Assembly: GCF_009914755.1 (NCBI RefSeq)
Contig: NC_060925.1
Length of the DNA stretch: 64,000 bases
DNA from: the human T2T-CHM13v2.0 reference genome, Homo sapiens
Reading direction: 5' to 3' (one strand)
Under the pieces are notes generated by a model. That model was not told the DNA's origin. It did no database searches and worked only from the letters and a program-made list of their open reading frames with translations. This document shows, piece by piece, positions 14,315-27,600 of the stretch; the stretch's first letter is position 1, and every line of letters starts with the position of its first letter. The position numbers were made by a program, and so were the translations under genes.

Positions 14315-14545
14315 TTGGGAGTGATGGAAATAATATTATATAATATTATATAGTATGTAATAGTACTATGTAGTATTTTACTGAATAACATTATATAATA
14401 TTATTTCCATCACTACCAAGTTATTATATAACATATAATATAATAATATAAAGTGGTATAATTATGATATAATTAACACTATACTATTATATGTAATATA
14501 TATTAGTAAAATATTTATGAATATATTATTTTATTTATATATAAA
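14315..14545. repeat. AT-rich low-complexity tract containing a 35-bp-arm inverted repeat
   Basis: Arms 14315-14349 and 14385-14419 are complementary at 33/35 positions. Confidence 0.9.
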
Positions 14546-14861
14546 AATAGAACATAGTACAGAAAGATTTTGAGGGGATTAAAAGAAATATAATACATGT
14601 AAATCCTCTAGCACTGTTCTCACCTAGTTTCTAACCGTATGACATGTTAGCTCAACAAGAAATAAATAGATAAATTGAGGATTTCATTTGTGTTTTCTGA
14701 AAGCTAATGAAAAATAAAAGCAATCAACCAAACTTTTGCACATCCTTTCCCTCCAAAGCTTCAGTTTTCTTTTTTTGGAGGTGAGCTGGAACCACATGTA
14801 CCTGACTTTCTTCATCCTATAGCTGATATGAGTTTTATGTTGTGGGAGGGCAGTTTGCTTA

Positions 14862-15250
14862 GGTAGTAATCTTTAAAATCGCTTACCAAATACTTCTAGT
14901 TTTCCTTCCAAGCACATGGATTTTACTTCCCCACCCTTTTGAAGTTAGAAATGGCTTCCTTTGTGCAGGCAATAGGAGCATAAGTAATATGTGGCCCCTG
15001 TGGAAAGAAGCTTCGAGATCCAATGAGACTGAGCCATGACATATTTTCCTGTTGCAGCCACTGTAGAAACACACATCCAGGTACAGCTTTCTTCAGCTTG
15101 GATCTCTCAGTGACTGTGGTGAGCAAACGTCTGATGTCAACATGTTTTGGAAATGTCCGTTGGGTGTGAAATCAATATTTGGTTTCGCTCACTTGAGATT
15201 TGAAGATTGTTTGTTATTGCAGCAGAACCTAGCCTACCCTAATTGACACA
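14862..15250 (+). mobile_element. Old MLT1 (I/J-like) LTR
   Basis: ttgaagttag..ttgtttgttattgcagcagaacctagcctaccctaattgacaca 3' end. Confidence 0.7.
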
Positions 15251-16410
15251 CGTGTTACCTTGCTGAGATCCAACGCACAGTGGATAATCAATCAAAATCT
15301 AATGAATTGAACTAATTTCCTTACCAATACCTAGACACACACAAGGAAGATCCAAAGATGAATTTGCCTATCTTTGGGTTAAAGCAAAGTTGCCTCCCCT
15401 CCAACTGCTTCTGAAGATTTGTTGGACAAATGCTCCTAATTTTTTGATCTCCATATTTCTCTGCCTTCCTTGGGAGAACAAGGGAGATATTTTCCTTCTA
15501 ATTTTCTATATCTCATTGAGAAGATTAGTTTGACTAATGATACACTAGTGTAGAAGAGACCACAAAGAAAAGATTTCTCACCCTCTTATTCAATAATTTA
15601 TCATTGAATGACACCACTGGCCTTGTATTCCAAGAAAAACCATGGGAGAGTAAAAGTTAAAAACTGGAACCTAAAACATGGTCTTCAAATGAAAGTGACA
15701 TTTCTTATGATCAAAAGGTAAAAACAACCATATTTATACAAAGCTAATTCAACAGTTTTCCTACAAAACAAATGCCTGTTAGAAAGATCATACACAATGC
15801 CCAAATCAAACAGAATAATTGCCTTTTCTAGCCACATGGCATAGGAAGAAGTGAGTGAGAGGTTGTAATAAGCCCGACCTTTACATCTCTCTCTGCTACA
15901 CTCCTAGGTGAACCTACTCCACCTATGTCCTAAGCTGAGAAAATTGGAATTCCTCTGCTTGTCTCTTTATTGGTTCTCTGCTCACCAACTGTCAGGTTTT
16001 CAGCAACAAAAGGCACGGGCAGAGCTAGGAATTCTACTGTCCTCCAGCTTCTCTACCTGCCAGTCTTGAGCCCATATGAAGAGTTTATATGAAGCATGAG
16101 GCTTCCAGAGACGGACAACATCCATCTCTTCTGGACATGGCCTCGTGTTCTTCAAAAGAGAAACCCTAAGACAGCTATTCCTTCAGTTTTCATAGTTTCC
16201 CTTTTCTTCATATCTAGCTCCCCAGCCCTTTTATCCCCTTTTCCTCTCTACAAGCAGTGCCAAAACATTTCAATTGAAATATTCCATTCCATTACATCCC
16301 ATCTCATTATTCATAATCCATGCCAGATGGCATGTCCCAAGTTTTGTTTCTGAAGATAGAACCACCATCCCATATATTGCACAGCACTGAAACAGACACT
16401 CAATTAACGT

Positions 16411-16466
16411 TCTTTCAACGAATGAGTAATATAATCTATCTTTCAACGAATGAATAATATAATCAA
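16411..16466. repeat. 28-bp tandem duplication (2 copies)
   Basis: tctttcaacgaatgagtaatataatcta / tctttcaacgaatgaataatataatcaa. Confidence 0.95.
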
Positions 16467-16579
16467 AGTATATGAGTTCCAAATGTAAACTCCCTGAGGG
16501 CAGGAGCAATGACTTACTTGCCTTTATACTCCCAACAGTTAGCATTCTGATTGCCATATAGTAGGCACTTAGAAAACAG

Positions 16580-16785
16580 TTGCATGGTTAATAGCATGGG
16601 GTTTGGCATAATATTCTTGATTCTACTTTTAGTTTCATCACTTACTACCTGAGTGACTCAGAAAAATTATTCAACCTATTTTAGACTGTTTTCTTGTTAG
16701 CAAAATAAGACTGTTATGATGATTAAATGAGATAATGTGTACTAAGGACTTAGCATAGAATATGCTCTCAATAAAGACTATTGAG
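16580..16785 (+). mobile_element. MIR
   Basis: tggttaatagcatggg..cacttactacctgagtgac..gattaaatgagataatgtgt..ctcaataaa. Confidence 0.75.
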
Positions 16786-18715
16786 TTTCACCTCAATAGC
16801 ACAGTGTCCCTATCTTTTTATTTATATTGTCCAAGCTTGCAACATTTCGGCATTTTCAAAGGCATATGCACCTGCAACCAGCAATTAAGATACTAATGTG
16901 ATCCACGGTGTCAAATTCTTAATCACAAGTAGCTATGGGTTAGTTCTTTCTCCTTCAAGCTGGTGAATTTATCTAAAAATTTATGTCTATTACACAAAAG
17001 AAGGCCAAATATCCAGAGGATTTGATTTTAAAACCCACGCCTGGAGAATGGAGGGAAAAGGATGCGTGTCAGGAATACATCACACCTGATTGCCTCAAGC
17101 ATGCATGTGTGCCAGACATGCCTACACAACTGGTTTCATCTTTTAAGGAAAAGAAAAATAAGTCACAGCATTCCCCAGGAAGATTCAGCATCATCATTAG
17201 TGGTATGAATAATTTATCAGCAGCTCCCACATCCAGATAATGACACTTTTGTTGTCTGCTCAAAGAGCAGAGAGGCTGTTCAACAACAACAAAATTAGTT
17301 CCCCCAAAATAAAACCATCTTTTTCACCCTTGAATTTGCCTTATCTGAAAATTGCAGATGTATCAAGGCACCAGTTAAGCCAAAGAATACAGAAGAGACT
17401 TCTGTTTAAAACAAAAAAAAAAAAAAGAGAGAGAGAGAGAATAGAATAAGGGAAAAGAATCTAAAACAAATTATTTAATACATTTTAAAGGATCATTTCT
17501 TTTCCCTTGTTTTCTTAAAATCATCCAACACCATTGCATCTTGGATATGTTTCTCAAGTACAAAACTGTTTCTGAAAATGATAAAAGACTCATTTCCATG
17601 TAGCATAAGGATGCTTATAAGAATAATGCAGTTTCTAATCTTTAAAACTCCAACTTCAGCATTAGGTCTGCTGTGGCCAAACGTAAAAAAGCACCAGTGT
17701 GCAGGCACCAAGCCCGACTTCTTGGAAGACCAGCTAAAATAGTGAGGGGCAGATGCATGCCAGCATGGAAATCAAAGCCATACCTGGAAGCTAAGCAGAG
17801 TTGGGGTTGTTCTTTCAGAATTATTTTTCATGTGTTTGAAACGGAAACTTTTCAGAAGGCTGGAAGCGTTCCTTTAAGTCACTTGACCTCTTAAACACAA
17901 AACTCTTTTCTTCCCCCTTAGAGAAAAAGGGGGGCTGAAGGGTTGGAAAGACTTTTGAAAAGCCATAGAAGGCTTTACAAGTAACTGTCCTGGAGCAATC
18001 CCTGCGGAGGAAAAGAACCTTACCACTCAGGAAATCTGTCTAGCCCGCTACCTTGCCCCACTCAGCTGCCCTTCGTCACAGATGTTACCGATTTTATAAG
18101 ATAGCAATTCCCTGCTCCCAAAACAGATTCCAAGTGAGAAAATAGGAAAAGTAATTGGTTGCTATTAGATACACATTCTGAAGTAGAAAGAAATGTGGGT
18201 AGCGAGGAATTTCTGGCCTGGATTAGGGGTTCCATGGTAATTAAACCATAATGACAAAGGAGATTCCCAAAAACTTACATGAAAACACAAATGGGCAATG
18301 TGCTTCTTTCAAATCATCTAAGGAAAATAGGCTATTCTTTCTATAAAAGGATTCTTTTTCCCAGGAATAGACTATTGTTACTGAATGTCACTGATGCAAC
18401 TTCAATTGTACACGTATTTGTTGAGAAGACATGATGTGACAGGCCTTATGCTAGATGTGGGGTGCACTGACGTAAAGGACCTCCCTTACCTAGCCATACT
18501 GCACTCATAATTTCCCAGTTTTTAATTATATTTTAGGAGGTGCTATGATACATTTTAAGGAGGAGTGAATAATCCTATAAGGAATACTCCTTCCCATGTA
18601 GAATTTATTGCCTTGAAGCATTTTCTGGGATCCTACTGAATCCTTTGGATTAGGTTGTAACAGAAGTTCATTACTAAATTGTCCTTCAGGCTTAAACAAT
18701 AGAGAGCTTGAGTTT

Positions 18716-18992
18716 GTTTGTTTTATTTTCTCTTAAATAGCTTTATTAAGATAAATTTGCATACCATAAAATTCCACTTTTTATAATGTAAAATTTACCA
18801 AATTTTAATATATTCACAGGTATATCCCAAAAAGAAACCCATATGGATGGGCAAACACCCTTCATTCCCCAGCTACCCTTACCCCCACCACTATGCCTAT
18901 GCCTCAGCATGCAGTCCCAAGCAACCATTAATCTTTCTCGTCTCTATTCTGGATATCTTATAGAAATTGAATTATATGTGTTTTTGTGACTA
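18716..18992 (-). mobile_element. L1MB-like 3' end fragment
   Basis: agctttattaagataaatttgcataccataaaattc is the reverse complement of an old L1M 3' terminus. Confidence 0.7.
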
Positions 18993-19612
18993 GCTTGAGC
19001 TTGAGTTTTAAAACTTTCATGTAACCAGACAAGAATCCAGGAGTTCTGAACTGAACTTCCATTTCCTTATTTGTGGGAAAAAAAAATACCTCCTCGGACA
19101 GTTGTAAGAAGTAAATAAAATAATACTACATTAAAGCAGGTAACACAATGCCTGTCGCACAGATATTGCCAAATAAAATTTGGCTTGATTTCTGCTATCA
19201 CAAATCTTTATGCCAGAAGCACTCCTTGCAGAGTGTCTCTAAAAACTGTCTATTTGAAAAATGTTGAAGAAACAGGCAGAAAAATAAAATACATCCAACT
19301 CCTAATCTGACCACTTAAAATTTATAAAATAACTCTTCTAGAGATAACAATTACTAACAGAGCAACGTGTATGTATCTAATTTTTCTTATGCTTAGAATA
19401 AATTGATTTATGATATATGCACACAGATACAAGAACATGAGACCTCTATGCCTACAAGGGCTATATAGTACAGATAGCAATAGAAAATGTAAACATTTTT
19501 AAAAATAGAAATATAAAATTAAGTGCTGAATTGTATGGTACAAGCAAAAGGAGCAAAATTTTGTAGACTGTATATCATTCACAGCATGGCTTTTGCTTTA
19601 AAAATAGCAGCA

Positions 19613-20415
<803 letters not shown>

Positions 20416-20537
20416 GAACACTGAAATAAAAGGCAATAGTAAATATTAAAAGTACAAAATTTAATTAAGGTAGAAAGATTAAAAGGAGTATGTCACACAG
20501 ACTTCTAATTCTAAAAGGGTTTAATACAGCTTAATAG

Positions 20538-21202
20538 AGAGTCTTCCAAATGTTTTTGGTTCATGGCACATTTAGTATCAGAGTAATTTTTTTCACAGCC
20601 CAAAGAAATACTTAATAATTTTATTATGTAGTTGGGTAAAAACAAATTAACAAGTATTTGTATCCTAACTACTGAGTAACTTTTTGAAAAAGTTTTTGAA
20701 AAAAAAGTTACATATAAAGAAAAATATTTTATTTCATTTTTACGTAACCAAAATTACTTAGGAAGCATGTACCTCTTGGACACTCCATATAACCTCTCAA
20801 CTTTGGAAAAAGACTGCGCTATCACCTTCACTCCCTGTTTCACATTGATTTTCACGTTATGTTAGGTTTTGTTTCTTTTTTTTAACATACTGTTTTTAGA
20901 GTCATTTTAGGTTCACAGCAAAATTGAGCAGAAAGTACAGAGAGTTCTCACGTACCCCGTTGCCCACACACACTTGTTGCTTGGTTTTTAATAAAAATCC
21001 TAGCTATGCAAAGATGTGACCTCATTGAAAGGAATATATTGTGATTTGGTGTTAAAATTCTAAACTATCTCGAGGTGGTAGTTGCCATGCTCTCTGAAAG
21101 ATGTGAAGCATCATTGTGTTTTTCTTGAAATTTAGAAAAATGCCTTTCTGAGGAGGCTGCAGCACCCTGGGTTGCCTCAGCACACAATTTGGGAAATGAT
21201 GG
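20538..21202. mobile_element. hAT-Charlie element (MER119-like), interrupted by a short antisense L1MC-type 3' end (~20865-20975)
   Basis: Ends ttccaaatgtttttggttcatggc and cacacaatttgggaa; internal gcaaagatgtgacctcattgaaaggaat; insert ttttaggttcacagcaaaattgagcagaaagtacagagagtt. Confidence 0.7.
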
Positions 21203-23214
21203 CTTGGAGTATTTAATTCTAGAATGGCATTCTAACCCCAGAAGTCTATGATTTAGCAAAATACCCCAATACTTTAAGGTATCTAAAGATGATGAAATGA
21301 CAAAATTGAAAGAACCTGGGTTGCTAGAGCACTATCTGGAAGATTCTATGAGTTCATAGGCTATCTACATTAAATTGTTAAATTATTGAGAAGTAAACTT
21401 ATTTAGGTTAATCCATTGATATCATGGAATTGTTAGTATTAGTTACCTCCCCTAATAATTTTTATATAAGATTCTACATATATAGCCCCTGTTTTCTCTC
21501 TAATATCTTCTTTCACCATTTCCCAAAATGTAATGGGTACTCTATATCCTATACTAAAGCTAGAATAAGTTATTTGTTGTTTCTCAAACACTTTACTCTT
21601 TTCCTTAACAGTTATAATCTCCCTTCTCTTCCCAGCTAAGCCCTTCTTATTCTCTGAAGCTCAACTCGGGATGTCACATCCTATAAGATCTTGCTTAACA
21701 ACTCTTGGATAGGTGAGCTTTCTCTCATAACATCTTTCTAGCACTTACCTTCTCCATTCTTCTGAATTGCTTGTATTCAGGCTCTCATCCTCACATCTGT
21801 ATCCAGCTTTTCCCTTAGCTGACCACAAGGCCAATATTATGTTACCTCTAGGCAGAACTCATGGATAATAACTGTGTACCTGAATCCTAAATTCAAAATA
21901 CTAAAACCCCAAGGTTCTTTGTTGCATCAGTAACAACCACAACAATAACTAATATTTCTGAGTGTGCTATTCACTGTGCTGAGCACTATATACATATTTA
22001 ATCATGAAATAAAATTTATCATAGAATTTAGTTCTATGATAAAAATTTTCCATAGAATTTAGTTCTTTGAAATAAAAATTATCATCTTCCTCTTATACTT
22101 AAGACAAAATGAGACATAGGATAATGAAGTGATTGTCCAAAATCCTAGAGACATCCAACATACAAAAATAGGAAGAAACTGTTCCTTCTCCCCAACATGA
22201 CTAGAAACCCTCTTTTTCTGCCTAAAACTTACTGGAGCATATCAACCCCTTGATGGTTATCCCATGTATTTAGGGGGATAAGTTTCCCTTTTGGGGTTCC
22301 CAAATTTCTATACTACTTTCAAACTTCACAGGGACCACAGTTATTTTTTCTTCACTACTGTATTCTTCCTGGGAGAACACTCAGTAAATTCTTGCTAAAT
22401 AAATGAATTAATGATAGTGAGAATTCCACTGGCAGCAGGGAACATCACAAGTTTGGGATTACCCATTATAGAATGACAACTGAAACTCTTTTTTTCCTGC
22501 GTATTAGTCACTGGAGGAAAGGAAGCTGAAAAATAATCAGATAAAAGCAATCAAAGAAACAGTGAATATACTTGCAAGCTGTGATGGATAAACGGTATGG
22601 ACTTCAGGTAATTCTGGAAGAATAAATAATGCTATTGTCTCTAAAGTACACAGTAAATTACATAGGCTATGCAAGGCAAGAGTTGAATTTCTAGATAAAC
22701 AAACAGTTTTAAGTTCTGATTATGAATAATTCAGGGTGGTCAGGTAACAGCAAGGAGACATGCCTGCAATTTAACAAAGTGTTATCAGATGAGAGGCATC
22801 TCCATAAAGAGTGTGGCTTCTTCTCTTGAGCAGGTCTTAAATGAATGATGGAGTGAAAGCATTAAGATTTTTCATCTTGGGGAGTACAGTGAGAAGGTGT
22901 GAGTGAATTATGCATGACCTTTTATTCTGTAAAATGTGAAGTGTATTATGTATAACTTCTAGCTGCCCTCCAGAAATTATCTTAACGTGGAGCATTTTGG
23001 ACACCCCTACAAAGATGTGCCTCTTAACCTCATTCTCAAGAGCCCATTGGTGAAGAAAGTTTGACACTAATGCCACAAAGTATATATCAAAGGGACTTCA
23101 TGCCTGGGATCCAGGAATTTTCACTTTTGAACTTCTGCAACTTAATTTTTCACCCAAGTCCTTATCTCTGTTCCATCTTTATCTGTTCTACATTCTCTAA
23201 ACTTGTTTTTAAGC

Positions 23215-23495
23215 CTTCTTAAAAACCACTTTATTGAGATATGATTGACATACAAAAATCTATACATACTCAATGTATATAATTTGGGTTTGGAAATAAG
23301 TAGACATCTGTGAAGCCATCACTATAATCTATGCCATAAACTTATCTATCACCTCCAAAAGTTTTCTGTTGCCTTCTTATTTATTTTTTATAAGAACACT
23401 TAAGATCCATCTTCTTGGAAAATTTTTAAGTATACAATACAGTTTTGTTAACTATAGGCACTATTCTGTACATGAGATCTCTAGGACTTATCACT
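23215..23495 (-). mobile_element. L1MA9/10-like 3' end
   Basis: ctttattgagatatgattgacatac..gtatacaatacag..ttaactataggcacta. Confidence 0.75.
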
Positions 23496-24174
23496 AAACT
23501 TTGTTTTGACAGTCTTCTAACCTTGTGCTTAATGTATTTCATATAGGTGACTGTCAGTAACAGGAGTCCTGAATCAGATATGAGCAGAAATCATGGATTA
23601 GGAAAGTGTGGATGAAATCATGTTGAAGAACACACAAGCAGAATACTGCCCAGGAGTAGCACTGGGAACTCACTGGGCCATGAAAAAAAGGAGGAAGGCT
23701 CAAGGAACTGCTCAGTTTTCTGTAGGGTTCTGGCTTCCATGAATAATACAGAGCCAGGGTGGAATGTAAGATTCAAAAATTCAAAGCAGATGGTAGGTCG
23801 GGTTCCTGGGACACCACGTTTGTAAAAACACTGTGTTTTGTTTCCTACAGGCATTGGACTCTGAGCATGTAGCAACGGACTTTGCAGGCATAATCCACTG
23901 GTGCAGTGGGAGCTCCTAATGTATTACTTATCTTAGCTCTTGTTGTATTTAGAGCCTAGGTACAACTCAACTTGAAAAAGATAAATCAGTATTGTTGGTA
24001 CTTGGATGAAATAAGATTGGTGGTCATTGTTGAGATATCACTCAAGGTATACTCTTCATTGAGGAGCTCCACCCTCAGGGGAAGCTAACAAATAAGATTT
24101 TAATAGAACAAATGTATGAGGAATGATTAACACTTTAAAAGCAAGATTTGCAACATGTATATTATGATCCCTTT

Positions 24175-24682
24175 GCCTTAGCATGGGTTTTTCCACGTTT
24201 GACAAGAAAATATGTTCAGGAGAGTCATTCCTTAGAACAAAAATGAAGGACTAGGAAGAGTGAGACAATGAAAGAAGAAAAAGCATACTGTAAGTACAAT
24301 ATCAAGATTCCCACTGTGAGAAATGGGGAATCAACTTTGCTAGAACTTCCCAAGAAGTATACAAAATGCTACCCTAAATTTTCTATCCAAAAGTCATGGG
24401 GACATTTATAATGACATCAGCCAACATCAAGCCTTTGGTCAAGGGTTGCTCTTAGGAATGCTCGATCCCCTACACTGCTGAACATCATGTGTGCACAGGC
24501 CAAGAAAGCATCTGTGAGCTTCCTAGTGTTGGTTAAAGAAAAGCAAGCTGGGCAGCACACTTAAGGTGAGATGCTGTCAATGTAAAATGAGCCTAATTGT
24601 TAGAATGAACCATCCCAGCCACAAATAAAATGAGAGACTGGTAGGGGGAACTTGACACGGACCCCAGAAGCATTGGGTACAA
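24175..24682 (-). mobile_element. LTR16-like ERVL LTR (highly diverged)
   Basis: gagtgagaca..cccactgtg..ttggtcaagggttgctc..gtgcacaggccaag blocks. Confidence 0.5.
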
Positions 24683-27600
24683 CCCTTCCCATTAACACAA
24701 TAATTAGCTCCTTAGTATCTAACCTAAGGACTTAAGGTAAAAAGTGAATAAAAATGAAAAATGTGATTACTCTAACATTAACAATAGAAAGCAACTGTAA
24801 CAGACTTAGAAGTTAAATCAGGAGAAAAGTTACATGCATTGTGATAAATCTCTATATTGGAGTATTACATAATTATTAAAATGACGTTTCTGAAAGATTG
24901 GTAAGAATATGGGGAAATGTTCCTAGTGTAACATGAAGTTGGGAAAAAATGATAAAAAATTATATACACAGAATTATCACACTGTATAAAAGTAATCACG
25001 TATAGAAAAGTATCCCCAAAATAACAAAATATAAAAGTAGTTATATTGGTTCTTAGGATCATAGGTAAAAACTTTTCTCTACTTTTCCATAGGAACTATG
25101 AGTAGAAATCATAGTGGTTCTATCAACTACATTGTACATGGCTATTAATCCTGTCATCTAGAGTCTTGATCCTCATAGATGATATCAAAGTCTGTGGTGC
25201 TTCCCACTCATTATATATCGTAAGTGCCTATTCTCATCTTAATATGGTTGGGGCAACTGTCTTTATTGCACTCCTATCTCATGCCTCTTTTCCTAAGCCC
25301 TCCCCGTATAAAATTGTTTCTTGCTCCTCTTCGGCCCTTTGGGAAACACTTAACTCCGTTTTTACTCCCAACTATTCTTCCTACTTACTTATCAAGTAGC
25401 TTTTCCTAATCTGAGCCCTGCCCCTGCCTTTCCTGTCTGAGGTAGGTGATTCTTCTGTCTAGTCCCATAAGACCTGATACTCATCATACCTTAGCACTGG
25501 TGATGCTGTTTTGTGTTATGTATGTATGTTTCTTGTACCTTATTCCTAACTAAAAGCCCCGTGACATGCATTATCTCATTTAACCATCACGATTTCTTTA
25601 TCAAATAGGTATTATCATGAACTTTGTTTTGTAGAAGCATAGAGAACTTTAATAACCTGCTTAAGGTCTAATACCTAACATATTGAAGGACAATATCTAA
25701 ACCAAGATCAGAATATAGGACAGTTTTCACTTCAAATCCAATTTTTAACCATTGTCTCCTAATAGGGACAATGATCAAAACAACATAAAACGAAAGGTTT
25801 CTGATATTTATTGGCTGTTTTTTTACATTTGGCTAAACCAATGAATATTCTTTGCATTAACATAAACAAATCTGATCATAAGTGGCCAATAGTTCCTGTA
25901 TTTAGTTCTAAATTAACAAAATATCATTTAAGTTAAATGTGCAAAAACAACTTAAGTAGTCAATAATAGGAGAAAATACCTAAGTGAATTATGTACTCGA
26001 TTAAGCCATCAGCAATTAAATTTATGCGGTTAAAATGCCTACATGATAGTTCTATGTGAAAAAACAAGATATAAAAATGTATATGCAGTGTTATATTCTG
26101 AACATGTGCTCACACCTACCACAAGCACATTTAAAAAACTAGAAGCAAAGAAACCAAACTATTAGCAGATTTTTATAGATGCTAGGATTATTGGCGATTT
26201 TATTTTTATTTTTCTATATTTGTTAAATATTTTACAATAAAATATATTCTTTTTATAATTAGAAAAGTCATCAAGCTTTAGTATTAATTCATTTATGTAA
26301 TTTATATATGAATTTATGTGCAATATCTTGGCCATAAATTGAGAAAGTTTAACAAGTGGGAAAAAATGGTTACAAACCATAGGTCCAAGTTTGATTATTT
26401 TACCTGCAGCAGGATTTGAAGGAACTCATGTTTCTGGGTTATAGATTCATAATGAAAGGAAAGCAAAAAGGAAAAGTGCCTTTATATCTCTTTTTCAGTA
26501 AATCCTGTTCAAAACAGAGTGTGTTGTTAAGAGATACAACGTTTTCTGGTAGACACAAATTAGATGCTGAATGATGAAAGGCACATTTTTAGCTGCCACT
26601 GAGAACTTCAGTGGAGAAACTTTGAGCCAGAACAGGAAAAGGTTTTGGAAGTGCTTATGGTCTCATCAGTGGTTTTCAACAATTCGAATGAGACATGATG
26701 AGTACCCCAGTGATATTCCAGGGAGGAAGTAGGTAGTTAACTTTTTTATGAAAAATATATTCATAATATATGATATGGGAGGGTGATTTCTGAATTTCCC
26801 TTCATAAAATACAGCAATTGTGGAGTCATAACTCAATTACAAAAAAATGTAGCCTTGACTGGAACTTGGAACAAGACATCCTATCTCGGTCTGGAAGCAC
26901 TTTTACTTTTGAAAAATAAATAAGTAAATTCTGTTTATGGTTTTAAAGCTTATTTTTAATCTTGCATTAAATCCAAGAAAACAAGGGTACAGCAAACAAA
27001 CAAACATCAGAGATCAAACTGTCGAACGCGGGTCAACCATAGCAATTGATTGAAAAACTCAACAAGATCTAGAATTAAGAGTGTACAAATTACAGCTCAT
27101 AAAACAAAGGCAATACACTTTTCTTCAAAAAGTCCACTAGCTATTTTCTACCTATTTTCAATATGAAGTGTGAATCTTGCACTCAGTTTGCATCACAACC
27201 CACAAGGGAAAGCTTTTCAGCAACCCACTGATAGGAAATTGGGGACCTAAACAAGCTGGATTATCTCCTTTAAGAAAGCGGGAACACTATTCTGGAACCA
27301 AGTCTGCAGAGGTCAAGGAAGCCAGAGCTTTATCACTGAATCTCAACACCTGTGGATACTAATCTGTCCAGGCTGCATTGTCCATTCACATGCTGCTTGA
27401 AATTTAGGCTGTTTAACACTGAACAACTCCAGCAAAAAAAAAAGAAGAAAGAAAAAATCTTGCAGCTCTGTTTGTAGTGAGAAAAACTGTAGACATGAAG
27501 CCAGGGAACCTATGTTCATATTCCAGCCTGATTATTCGTTAGCTGTGTGACATTAAGTGGGTCATCCAACCTCTCTGAATTTATAAAATTATTTATATAA

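Noticed and set aside
23830-23965. Strong splice acceptor tgtgttttgtttcctacag ending at 23850
   Set aside because: No convincing donor nearby; such acceptors are common by chance.
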